From Yuukianura sp. NJ FZ-2021 (taxonomy: Eukaryota): a DNA stretch of 64,000 nt. The stretch covers positions 8,122,001-8,186,000 of the forward strand of contig CM102286.1 in the NCBI GenBank assembly GCA_046563655.1, read 5' to 3'. The notes beneath the pieces are model-generated. The model did no database searches and had not been told where the DNA came from. It saw nothing but the letters and a program-made list of their open reading frames with translations. The position numbers and the translations under genes were made by a program. Shown one piece after another: positions 20,412-33,000 of this stretch (positions are counted from its first letter, which is position 1; each line of letters starts with the position of its first letter).

Positions 20412-22303
20412 ATGCTCAATCCACTCTGCCTTTGTCTCCGCTCTGCCAGCATTACGCTACTCCTATTCCTCTGCCTCGCAGCTCCAGCAGATTCACAATT
20501 CACGCTCAAGGATCAAACAGTTCTCTGGAGAAGCAGCTCCACTCCAATAACCAACGGGCACCAGTTAATTCATTGGGATATTCGTTTCGTCCAGCCCTGC
20601 TTATTGTTAACAAAGGACGTAGTTCATTCGGATCTTCTGGAACAGTCAAAACAAAAATGCATCGATCTCTACGAAGACATCTTCCTGCGGCCGCTCCATC
20701 AACTTTGCCCAAAGACAACATCCAACCAGGCGTCAAACGAGTCATTGACATACTACTTGGAATTATCGCCTTCGTAATTCTTGCCACTACCGCAGCCTCG
20801 ATCACCAGACATGAGAAAAATATTTAGTAAAAACTGGCGCAATATTTAAATATTAAATATTTTTTGTCAAAAACTGGGAAATATTTACTTATTTAACATT
20901 GAGGGCATGGGAAATTAAATAAATATTTAGTAACAAAAAACCCCAAAATATTTAAATTCTTAACATTACAGGCATGGTGACTAAATATTTTTCTCATGTC
21001 TGTCGATCACTCTCTCTGTCAAGACTTCCAGCAACCTAGCAGCAGTTCAATCAAAAGTCGAAACCGAAGAGCAGAAATTACTACTGGAAATTGAGAACGT
21101 ACACAAAATGGAAAAAGCAATCAACAATTTAACAGAAAAACTTGAGCTACTCACGCACGATCAACAGGATCACCGCCATGATTAGGACTGAAAGAAAAAT
21201 CCGTAGACTACACGTTCCTGACTTCCTACATAGTTTCTCGTATGCTTGTCGCTCAATCCATTTTCTTGGATGCCTCCCACCAATGGAAACAAGGTCGAGT
21301 ATCACAGCAATTTCTGGATTACTTCAACATCAGTTTACCATGCGGAGATGCCTGCCCAATCAAATTTGCAAAAGCCGAAACATGCGTCTACCACTCAAAA
21401 ACTCAAGGCTTAGAACTACAATTAACAGTTCCAGTCGTCAACTCGTCTCTTCAGCTCGCAGTCGCAGATCAATTTACCTTCCTCTATCGTCATGACCAAC
21501 ATCTCTGCAGCATTTCATACAATGGCCCTCAAAACGCAATCATTTACGCCGATCATCACTGCATCTACGCTGTCAATGTCCGCCACTCTGATCTAGTTCT
21601 AACTCCTAACAGCGAATGCCAGAAGGGAATCCAGCTTCCCGAATCTTCAAGCTTCTTCAAAGTCGACAAATGCGTACCGTTCCAGGAAACCGCCGCACAG
21701 GATTATGTTCAAATTAAAATCTACGACAACAATTACTACGTTTATTGCTACCTCAACAACATGACGATTGGACCCACCACAAAAGCCTGCCCAAATCACA
21801 CTTTCATCATTCCTGTCAACACAAACTTTTCGGTCAACGGCAACTTTATTAAAGCTGGAGAATTTCGCATCAATCATCAGAAAGAAATAGATCCCGCGCT
21901 CACAACAAAAACGAACTGGCATCTGCAACCCCACCTCAACATTGATGACATTGTTCGCCAAATCGACTCAATTCCGAAGCTTAATTTACTCACCGAACCC
22001 CCTGGCTTCCTCCTTGGCACAAACCCCTGGCTCACCATCAGTCCTGTCGCCGTGTGTGTCATCATCATCATCGCCATGCTGATCTACTACTTTTGCTGCC
22101 GCCGATCGTGAACCACCGCTTCCCTACTTCCAGCCGCGCCTGCACAACCACAGCTTCCGTCTCGAGTTTCAGAGGGGGAAAATATGCCTAACCCACGCCC
22201 AATGGTATTGGTCCCACTCCAGTCCCTTGGATCCAACTTCAGTCAACTCGCTCTGCCTTCCCCGCCATCTAACCAACAGCAGCAATTCACTCTTCAATTT
22301 TGA
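20412..22303 (+). pseudogene. env: Envelope-like glycoprotein with class I fusion protein architecture, fused to pol
   Basis: Signal-like ITLLLFLCLAAPADS; VKR followed by hydrophobic VIDILLGIIAFVILATTAASITL; heptad-like segment; Cys-rich ectodomain with NIS/NSS/NMT/NHT/NFS sequons; TM PVAVCVIIIIAMLIYYF-CCRRS; Pro-rich tail in frame after TGA 22109-22111. Confidence 0.8.
20806..21002. mobile_element. hAT-like MITE inserted in env
   Basis: 23-bp TIR CAGACATGAGAAAAATATTTAGT and 8-bp TSD TCGATCAC (20798-20805, 21003-21010). Removal restores the reading frame. Confidence 0.92.
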
Positions 22304-22489
22304 TTCTTGGAAACTCGATACAGAAGAATAACGTTGCAAAATACTAATTTTTGTTTGTATATTTTATGCTTATCATTTATATCTTGATTTATTTTGTTTT
22401 CAGCAATGTTTCAGTTAGCATTTCAAATTATTCAAATATTATTCAAATTATTATTTCATTAGCATTTCCAAATTATTTAGCATGTCAAG

Positions 22490-22501
22490 ATTGAGAGGGG
22501 G
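22490..22501 (+). promoter_or_regulatory. Polypurine tract
   Basis: TTGAGAGGGGG directly abutting the 3' LTR. Confidence 0.9.
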
Positions 22502-22827
22502 TGTTGAAAGGTCAATCTTAACCTCACTTCCAAGAGCAACTTTTAGCTTGTACTTTGACAGCGTGAGTCACAATGACTTACATGCTCATCGACTTTTATG
22601 AAAAAGTCCATTGTTTCATTTTCCAAAACTCAGAAACCAACTTCTAAAACAAAACTGGACTTTGGCTCTTCTTCACTATTTTTACTTAGCATTTTTGTTC
22701 TTCTTCTGTAAGAAAATACATTTTATGAAATCAGTTCCGTTTTGCATTTCAATAAAATAGCATCTCAATAACCTCTGACCAACAAGCGATCCAAGTCTTT
22801 ATATTAGCAAAAGACCACTTTACAACA
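22502..22827 (+). repeat. 3' LTR
   Basis: TGTTGAAAGG...CTTTACAACA followed by TSD GGCTG. Confidence 0.96.
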
Positions 22828-23754
22828 GGCTGTTTGTGCACAAATAGCACCAAACTGTTGAGAAGCGGTTTGCATCATAGAGTTACCAAGACAATTTCGA
22901 TTTTTTTTCTTTTAACTAGAGCGGACGTTAGGCATTTTTTCAACAAAATTTTTGAAGCATTTTCAAAGTGGAGTGGAGTGGAAAAAAAACCGCTTTCATC
23001 CCCAGGTTAAGCCCGCTTCACACAACAATCAAATTTGAATGTTCATTGCGCAAAATTTCTAAAATTATACAGAAAAATGTGAAAAGTAGGTTTTTGAGAC
23101 AAAATATCTGCCCATATCTGTTATGATAGAAGTGGTGACTAGTGGTGTACCTAGAGGATGTGACACCAACACCAAAATTTCTTCTCCAAGATAACATCCA
23201 AAGTAAAGTGTTTTTGCTAAAACTAAAATTAGTTGATCCTAATTACTTAATCTACATTTAACGGAATTGAACAAATTACCTAATCGTCATATGTATTAGT
23301 AATGGTAATTGTGTTATAACGATTACTTTTCACAACGTGGAGATACTGTTGGCGTAAAATGAGTGTAATTTTCTGAGAAATGTAGGGTATTTATGGGAAT
23401 GTTGGCTTAAACCGAAAAAACCAAATAAACCATAGTTTAAACCAAAAACTGTTCTTTTTAAACGAAAAAACCAGCCACCCTTTAGGAGTACATATTTAGA
23501 CAGGGCTTGACCAAGTTCATTTGTAATAATGACCCACTAATTTGTAATAATGACTACAAAACTTATTTTCAGACAGTAGTATTATCTCCAGTGTATATCG
23601 AATTCGCGAATTTACACTCTGACGTGAAGTAAAATTTTGTGTGAACCAGGCTTAACTTTCGTGAAATTGAGTCAGTTGCCAGGAGAAACGTCACAAAACA
23701 TTTGCTTCAAAAATTTTGTTCAAAATTTTAACCGTGCCCTAACCGTGCCCGAGT

Positions 23755-24066
23755 TCATCTTTCCAGCGTTGGCTCGAACATTGATAGCACTTTTTGTTTT
23801 AAAATGTGGAGGTTCTTGATAAATGTGATGTCTTTGGAATGTGAACTGACCCAGACAATTGGACATTGGTGCGGTGGGATGTGCAAATGGTTTCGGGGTG
23901 TATTAGTCTGTGGGCAGGTCCATATAGCATGGTAGTATGATAGTTGGTCCCCACAGAAACTGCAGTACTTTTCCTTGAACTGGCCGAGATCAAGCCATTT
24001 TCCGTTGTGGTAAATCTGGTTCATGTTCAGTCGGATTTGGATAACTGTTCTGGTAAGGTAGGCTGG
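23755..24066 (-). pseudogene. 3' remnant of a non-LTR retrotransposon ORF2 (C-terminal CCHC finger)
   Basis: PAYLTRTVIQIRLNMNQ...CSFCGDQLSYYHAIWTCP, a C-x2-C-x7-H-x4-C motif near the end of the ORF; truncated at the satellite boundary. Confidence 0.6.
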
Positions 24067-27000
24067 AGATGTTTAATGAAATCAAATTTTTTGGCTGAAA
24101 GTTGTAACCGAAACCGTGACCACTTACACGTCAAGCGTTGCGTACAGTCAAGTCACAGTATCGTCAATGCCTAGCTAAGCAATGTGGATTTGCATATTAA
24201 GGTTAGGGCCAAGTTACAATGATAAATACATTGATACCAAACAAATCTTACACCGGTACAAAATATAAATTTTTCAGCCTTCCCATGAGCTTCCACAGTT
24301 GTTTAATGAAATGAAATTTTTTAGCTGAAAGTTTTAACCGACAACGTAACCACTTACACGTCAAGCGTTGCGTACAGTGAAGTTACAGTATCGTCAATGC
24401 CTAGCTGGGCAATGTGGATTTGCATATTAAGGTTAGGGCCAAGTTACAATGATAAATACATTGATACCAAACAAATTTTACACCGGTACAAAATATAAAT
24501 TTTTCAGCCTTCCCATGAGCTTCCACAGTTGTTTAATGAAATGAAATTTTTTAGCTGAAAGTTTTAACCGACAACGTAACCACTTACACGTCAAGCGTTG
24601 CGTACAGTGAAGTTACAGTATCGTCAAAGCCTAGCTGGGCAATGTGGATTTGCATATTAAGGTTAGAGCCAAGTTACAATGATAAATACATTGATACCAA
24701 ACAAATATTACACAGGTACAAAATTTAAATTTTGCAGCCTTCCCATGAGCTTCCACAGATGTTTAATGAAATCAAATTTTTTGGCTGAAAGTTTTAACCG
24801 AAACCGTGACCACTTACATGTCAAGCGTTGCGTACAGTCAAGTTACAATATCGTCAATGCCTAACCAAGCAATGTGGATTTGCATATTAAGGTTAGGGCC
24901 AAGTTACAGTGATAAATACATTGATATCAAACAAATATTACACCGCTACAAAGCGTAAACTTTTCAGCCTTCCCATGAGCTTCCACAGATGTTTAATGAA
25001 ATCAAATTTTTTGGCTGAAAGTTTTAACCGAAACCGTGACCACTTACATGTCAAGCGTTGCGTACAGTCAAGTTACAATATCGTCAATGCCTAGCTAAGC
25101 AATGTGGATTTGCATATTAAGGTTAGGGCCAAGTTACAATGATAAATACATTGATACCAAACAAATCTTACACCGGTACAAAATATAAATTTTTCAGCCT
25201 TCCCATGAGCTTCCACAGTTGTTTAATGAAATGAAATTTTTTAGCTGAAAGTTTTAACCGACAACGTAACCACTTACAAGTCAAGCGTTGCGTACAGTGA
25301 AGTTACAGTATCGTCAATGCCTAGCTGGGCAATGTGGATTTGCATATTAAGGTTAGAGCCAAGTTACAATGATAAATACATTGATACCAAACAAATATTA
25401 CACCGGTACAAAATTTAAATTTTGCAGCCTTCCCATGAGCTTCCACAGATGTTTAATGAAATGAAATTTTTTGGCTGAAAATTTTAACCGAAACCGTGAC
25501 CACTTACATGTCAAGCGTTGCGTACAGTCAAGTTACAGTAGCGTCAATGCCTTGCTAAGCAATGTGGATTTGCATATTAAGGTTAGTGCCAAGTTACAGT
25601 GATAAATACATTGATATCAAACAAATATTACACCGCTACAAAGTATAAACTTTTCAGCCTTCCCATGAGCTTCCACAGATATTTAATGAAATGAAATTTT
25701 TTAGCTGAAAGTTTTAACCGACAACGTAACCACTTACACGTCAAGCGTTGCTTACTGTGAAGTTACCGTATCGTCAATGCCTAGCTAAGCAATGTGGATT
25801 TGCATATTAAGGTTAGGGCCAAGTTACAGTGATAAATACATTGATATCAAACAAATATTACACCGCTACAAAGCGAAAACTTTTCAGCCTTCCCATGAGC
25901 TTCCACAGATGTTTAATGAAATCAAATTTTTTGGCTGAAAGTTTTAACCGAAACCGTGACCACTTACATGTCAAGCGTTGCGTACAGTCAAGTTACAATA
26001 TCGTCAATGCCTAGCTAAGCAATGTGGATTTGCATATTAAGGTTAGGGCCAAGTTACAGTGATAAATACATTGATATCAAACAAATATTACACCGCTACA
26101 AAGCGAAAACTTTTCAGCCTTCCCATGAGCTTCCACAGATGTTTAATGAAATCAAATTTTTTGGCTGAAAGTTTTAACCGAAACCGTGACCACTTACATG
26201 TCAAGCGTTGCGTACAGTCAAGTTACAATATCGTCAATGCCTAACCAAGCAATGTGGATTTGCATATTAAGGTTAGGGCCAAGTTACAGTGATAAATACA
26301 TTGATATCAAACAAATATTACACCGCTACAAAGCGTAAACTTTTCAGCCTTCCCATGAGCTTCCACAGATGTTTAATGAAATCAAATTTTTTGGCTGAAA
26401 GTTTTAACCGAAACCGTGACCACTTACATGTCAAGCGTTGCGTACAGTCAAGTTACAATATCGTCAATGCCTAGCTAAGCAATGTGGATTTGCATATTAA
26501 GGTTAGGGCCAAGTTACAATGATAAATACATTGATACCAAACAAATCTTACACCGGTACAAAATATAAAATTTTCAGCCTTCCCATGAGCTTCCACAGTT
26601 GTTTAATGAAATGAAATTTTTTAGCTGAAAGTTTTAACCGACACCGTGACCACTTACACGTCAAGCGTTGCGTACAGTGAAGTTACAGTATCGTCAATGC
26701 CTAGCTGGGCAATGTGGATTTGCATATTAAGGTTAGAGCCAAGTTACAATGATAAATACATTGATACCAAACAAATATTACACCGGTACAAAATTTAAAT
26801 TTTGCAGCCTTCCCATGAGCTTCCACAGATGTTTAATGAAATGAAATTTTTTGGCTGAAAATTTTAACCGAAACCGTGACCACTTACATGTCAAGCGTTG
26901 CGTACAGTCAAGTTACAATATCGTCAATGCCTAGCTAAGCAATGTGGATTTGCATATTAAGGTTAGGGCCAAGTTACAATGATAAATACATTGATACCAA

Positions 27001-30000
27001 ACAAATCTTACACCGGTACAAAATATAAATTTTTCAGCCTTCCCATGAGCTTCCACAGTTGTTTAATGAAATGAAATTTTTTAGCTGAAAGTTTTAACCG
27101 ACAACGTAACCACTTACACGTCAAGCGTTGCGTACAGTGAAGTTACAGTATCGTCAATGCCTAGCTGGGCAATGTGGATTTGCATATTAAGGTTAGAGCC
27201 AAGTTACAATGATAAATACATTGATACCAAACAAATATTACACCGGTACAAAATTTAAATTTTGCAGCCTTCCCATGAGCTTCCACAGATGTTTAATGAA
27301 ATGAAATTTTTTGGCTGAAAATTTTAACCGAAACCGTGACCACTTACATGTCAAGCGTTGCGTACAGTCAAGTTACAGTAGCGTCAATGCCTTGCTAAGC
27401 AATGTGGATTTGCATATTAAGGTTAGTGCCAAGTTACAGTGATAAATACATTGATATCAAACAAATATTACACCGCTACAAAGTATAAACTTTTCAGCCT
27501 TCCCATGAGCTTCCACAGATATTTAATGAAATGAAATTTTTTAGCTGAAAGTTTTAACCGACAACGTAACCACTTACACGTCAAGCGTTGCTTACGGTGA
27601 AGTTACAGTATCGTCAATGCCTAGCTAAGCAATGTGGATTTGCATATTAAGGTTAGGGCCAAGTTACAGTGATAAATACATTGATATCAAACAAATATTA
27701 CACCGCTACAAAGCGAAAACTTTTCAGCCTTCCCATGAGCTTCCACAGATGTTTAATGAAATCAAATTTTTTGGCTGAAAGTTTTAACCGAAACCGTGAC
27801 CACTTACATGTCAAGCGTTGCGTACAGTCAAGTTACAATATCGTCAATGCCTAACCAAGCAATGTGGATTTGCATATTAAGGTTAGGGCCAAGTTACAGT
27901 GATAAATACATTGATATCAAACAAATATTACACCGCTACAAAGCGTAAACTTTTCAGCCTTCCCATGAGCTTCCACAGATGTTTAATGAAATCAAATTTT
28001 TTGGCTGAAAGTTTTAACCGAAACCGTGACCACTTACATGTGAAGCGTTGCGTACAGTCAAGTTACAATATCGTCAATGCCTAGCTAAGCAATGTGGATT
28101 TGCATATTAAGGTTAGGGCCAAGTTACAATGATAAATACATTGATACCAAACAAATCTTACACCGGTACAAAATATAAATTTTTCAGCCTTCCCATGAGC
28201 TTCCACAGTTGTTTAATGAAATGAAATTTTTTAGCTGAAAGTTTTAACCGACACCGTGACCACTTACACGTCAAGCGTTGCGTACAGTGAAGTTACAGTA
28301 TCGTCAATGCCTAGCTGGGCAATGTGGATTTGCATATTAAGGTTAGAGCCAAGTTACAATGATAAATACATTGATACCAAACAAATATTACACCGGTACA
28401 AAATTTAAATTTTGCAGCCTTCCCATGAGCTTCCACAGATGTTTAATGAAATGAAATTTTTTGGCTGAAAATTTTAACCGAAACCGTGACCACTTACATG
28501 TCAAGCGTTGCGTACAGTCAAGTTACAGTAGCGTCAATGCCTTGCTAAGCAATGTGGATTTGCATATTAAGGTTAGTGCCAAGTTACAGTGATAAATACA
28601 TTGATATCAAACAAATATTACACCGCTACAAAGTATAAACTTTTCAGCCTTCCCATGAGCTTCCACAGATATTTAATGAAATGAAATTTTTTAGCTGAAA
28701 GTTTTAACCGACAACGTAACCACTTACACGTCAAGCGTTGCTTACGGTGAAGTTACAGTATCGTCAATGCCTAGCTAAGCAATGTGGATTTGCATATTAA
28801 GGTTAGGGCCAAGTTACAGTGATAAATACATTGATATCAAACAAATATTACACCGCTACAAAGCGAAAACTTTTCAGCCTTCCCATGAGCTTCCACAGAT
28901 GTTTAATGAAATCAAATTTTTTGGCTGAAAGTTTTAACCGAAACCGTGACCACTTACATGTCAAGCGTTGCGTACAGTCAAGTTACAATATCGTCAATGC
29001 CTAACCAAGCAATGTGGATTTGCATATTAAGGTTAGGGCCAAGTTACAGTGATAAATACATTGATATCAAACAAATATTACACCGCTACAAAGCGTAAAC
29101 TTTTCAGCCTTCCCATGAGCTTCCACAGATGTTTAATGAAATCAAATTTTTTGGCTGAAAGTTTTAACCGAAACCGTGACCACTTACATGTCAAGCGTTG
29201 CGTACAGTCAAGTTACAATATCGTCAATGCCTAGCTAAGCAATGTGGATTTGCATATTAAGGTTAGGGCCAAGTTACAATGATAAATACATTGATACCAA
29301 ACAAATCTTACACCGGTACAAAATATAAATTTTTCAGCCTTCCCATGAGCTTCCACAGTTGTTTAATGAAATGAAATTTTTTAGCTGAAAGTTTTAACCG
29401 ACACCGTGACCACTTACACGTCAAGCGTTGCGTACAGTGAAGTTACAGTATCGTCAATGCCTAGCTGGGCAATGTGGATTTGCATATTAAGGTTAGAGCC
29501 AAGTTACAATGATAAATATTACACCGGTACAAAATTTAAATTTTGCAGCCTTCCCATGAGCTTCCACAGATGTTTAATGAAATGAAATTTTTTGGCTGAA
29601 AATTTTAACCGAAACCGTGACCACTTACATGTCAAGCGTTGCGTACAGTCAAGTTACAGTAGCGTCAATGCCTTGCTAAGCAATGTGGATTTGCATATTA
29701 AGGTTAGTGCCAAGTTACAGTGATAAATACATTGATATCAAACAAATATTACACCGCTACAAAGTATAAACTTTTCAGCCTTCCCATGAGCTTCCACAGA
29801 TATTTAATGAAATGAAATTTTTTAGCTGAAAGTTTTAACCGACAACGTAACCACTTACACGTCAAGCGTTGCTTACTGTGAAGTTACCGTATCGTCAATG
29901 CCTAGCAAAGCAATGTGGATTTGCATATTAAGGTTAGGGCCAAGTTACAGTGATAAATACATTGATATCAAACAAATATTACACCGCTACAAAGCGAAAA

Positions 30001-33000
30001 CTTTTCAGCCTTCCCATGAGCTTCCACAGATGTTTAATGAAATCAAATTTTTTGGCTGAAAGTTTTAACCGAAACCGTGACCACTTACATGTCAAGCGTT
30101 GCGTACAGTCAAGTTACAATATCGTCAATGCCTAACCAAGCAATGTGGATTTGCATATTAAGGTTAGGGCCAAGTTACAGTGATAAATACATTGATATCA
30201 AACAAATATTACACCGCTACAAAGCGTAAACTTTTCAGCCTTCCCATGAGCTTCCACAGATGTTTAATGAAATCAAATTTTTTGGCTGAAAGTTTTAACC
30301 GAAACCGTGACCACTTACATGTCAAGCGTTGCGTACAGTCAAGTTACAATATCGTCAATGCCTAGCTAAGCAATGTGGATTTGCATATTAAGGTTAGGGC
30401 CAAGTTAAAATGATAAATACATTGATACCAAACAAATCTTACACCGGTACAAAATATAAATTTTTCAGCCTTCCCATGAGCTTCCACAGTTGTTTAATGA
30501 AATGAAATTTTTTAGCTGAAAGTTTTAACCGACACCGTGACCACTTACACGTCAAGCGTTGCGTACAGTGAAGTTACAGTATCGTCAATGCCTAGCTGGG
30601 CAATGTGGATTTGCATATTAAGGTTAGAGCCAAGTTACAATGATAAATACATTGATACCAAACAAATATTACACGGGTACAAAATTTAAATTTTGCAGCC
30701 TTCCCATGAGCTTCCACAGATGTTTAATGAAATGAAATTTTTTGGATGAAAATTTTAACCGAAACCGTGACCACTTACATGTCAAGCGTTGCGTACAGTC
30801 AAGTTACAGTAGCGTCAATGCCTTGCTAAGCAATGTGGATTTGCATATTAAGGTTAGTGCCAAGTTACAGTGATAAATACATTGATATCAAACAAATATT
30901 ACACCGCTACAAAGTATAAACTTTTCAGCCTTCCCATGAGCTTCCACAGATATTTAATGAAATGAAATTTTTTAGCTGAAAGTTTTAACCGACAACCGTA
31001 ACCACTTACACGTCAAGCGTTGCTTACTGTGAAGTTACCGTATCGTCAATGCCTAGCAAAGCAATGTGGATTTGCATATTAAGGTTAGGGCCAAGTTACA
31101 GTGATAAATACATTGATATCAAACAAATATCACACCGCTACAAAGCGAAAACTTTTCAGCCTTCCCATGAGCTTCCACAGATGTTTAATGAAATCAAATT
31201 TTTTGGCTGAAAGTTTTAACCGAAACCGTGACCACTTACATGTCAAGCGTTGCGTACAGTCAAGTTACAATATCGTCAATGCCTAACCAAGCAATGTGGA
31301 TTTGCATATTAAGGTTAGGGCCAAGTTACAGTGATAAATACATTGATATCAAACAAATATTACACCGCTACAAAGCGTAAACTTTTCAGCCTTCCCATGA
31401 GCTTCCACAGATGTTTAATGAAATCAAATTTTTTGGCTGAAAGTTTTAACCGAAACCGTGACCACTTACATGTCAAGCGTTGCGTACAGTCAAGTTACAA
31501 TATCGTCAATGCCTAGCTAAGCAATGTGGATTTGCATATTAAGGTTAGGGCCAAGTTAAAATGATAAATACATTGATACCAAACAAATCTTACACCGGTA
31601 CAAAATATAAATTTTTCAGCCTTCCCATGAGCTTCCACAGTTGTTTAATGAAATGAAATTTTTTAGGCTGAAAGTTTTAACCGACACCGTGACCACTTAC
31701 ACGTCAAGCGTTGCGTACAGTGAAGTTACAGTATCGTCAATGCCTAGCTGGGCAATGTGGATTTGCATATTAAGGTTAGAGCCAAGTTACAATGATAAAT
31801 ACATTGATACCAAACAAATATTACACCGGTACAAAATTTAAATTTTGCAGCCTTCCCATGAGCTTCCACAGATGTTTAATGAAATCAAATTTTTTGGCTG
31901 AAAATTTTAACCGAAACCGTGACCACTTACATGTCAAGCGTTGCGTACAGTCAAGTTACAATATCGTCAATGCCTAGCTAAGCAATGTGGATTTGCATAT
32001 TAAGGTTAGGGCCAAGTTACAATGATAAATACATTGATACCAAACAAATCTTACACCGGTACAAAATATAAATTTTTCAGCCTTCCCATGAGCTTCCACA
32101 GTTGTTTAATGAAATGAAATTTTTTAGCTGAAAGTTTTAACCGACACCGTGACCACTTACACGTCAAGCGTTGCGTACAGTGAAGTTACAGTATCGTCAA
32201 TGCCTAGCTGGGCAATGTGGATTTGCATATTAAGGTTAGAGCCAAGTTACAATGATAAATATTACACCGGTACAAAATTTAAATTTTGCAGCCTTCCCAT
32301 GAGCTTCCACAGATGTTTAATGAAATGAAATTTTTTGGCTGAAAATTTTAACCGAAACCGTGACCACTTACATGTCAAGCGTTGCGTACAGTCAAGTTAC
32401 AGTAGCGTCAATGCCTTGCTAAGCAATGTGGATTTGCATATTAAGGTTAGTGCCAAGTTACAGTGATAAATACATTGATATCAAACAAATATTACACCGC
32501 TACAAAGTATAAACTTTTCAGCCTTCCCATGAGCTTCCACAGATATTTAATGAAATGAAATTTTTTAGCTGAAAGTTTTAACCGACAACGTAACCACTTA
32601 CATGTCAAGCGTTGCGTACAGTCAAGTTACAATATCGTCAATGCCTAACCAAGCAATGTGGATTTGCATATTAAGGTTAGGGCCAAGTTACAGTGATAAA
32701 TACATTGATATCAAACAAATATTACACCGCTACAAAGCGTAAACTTTTCAGCCTTCCCATGAGCTTCCACAGATGTTTAATGAAATCAAATTTTTTGGCT
32801 GAAAGTTTTAACCGAAACCGTGACCACTTACATGTCAAGCGTTGCGTACAGTCAAGTTACAATATCGTCAATGCCTAGCTAAGCAATGTGGATTTGCATA
32901 TTAAGGTTAGGGCCAAGTTAAAATGATAAATACATTGATACCAAACAAATCTTACACCGGTACAAAATATAAATTTTTCAGCCTTCCCATGAGCTTCCAC

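Larger units (their letters stand above)
13073..22827 (+). mobile_element. Ty1/copia LTR retrotransposon with envelope-like domain, full length but defective
   Basis: Two 326-bp TG...CA LTRs, GGCTG 5-bp TSD (13068-13072, 22828-22832), PBS, PPT, and domain order gag-PR-IN-RT-RH. Confidence 0.96.

Noticed and set aside
21242..22111. Independent host membrane-protein gene or separately inserted viral gene
   Set aside because: Intronless, inside the LTRs, same strand and base composition as pol, and continuous with upstream env parts after frameshift repair.
23330..23485. Possible hAT-like terminus (AAAAAACCAGCCACCCT)
   Set aside because: No matching second end or TSD found.
24195..24215. Telomeric repeat (TTAGG/TTAGGG) array
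   Set aside because: Only one motif per monomer, often mutated to TTAGAG or TTAGTG.
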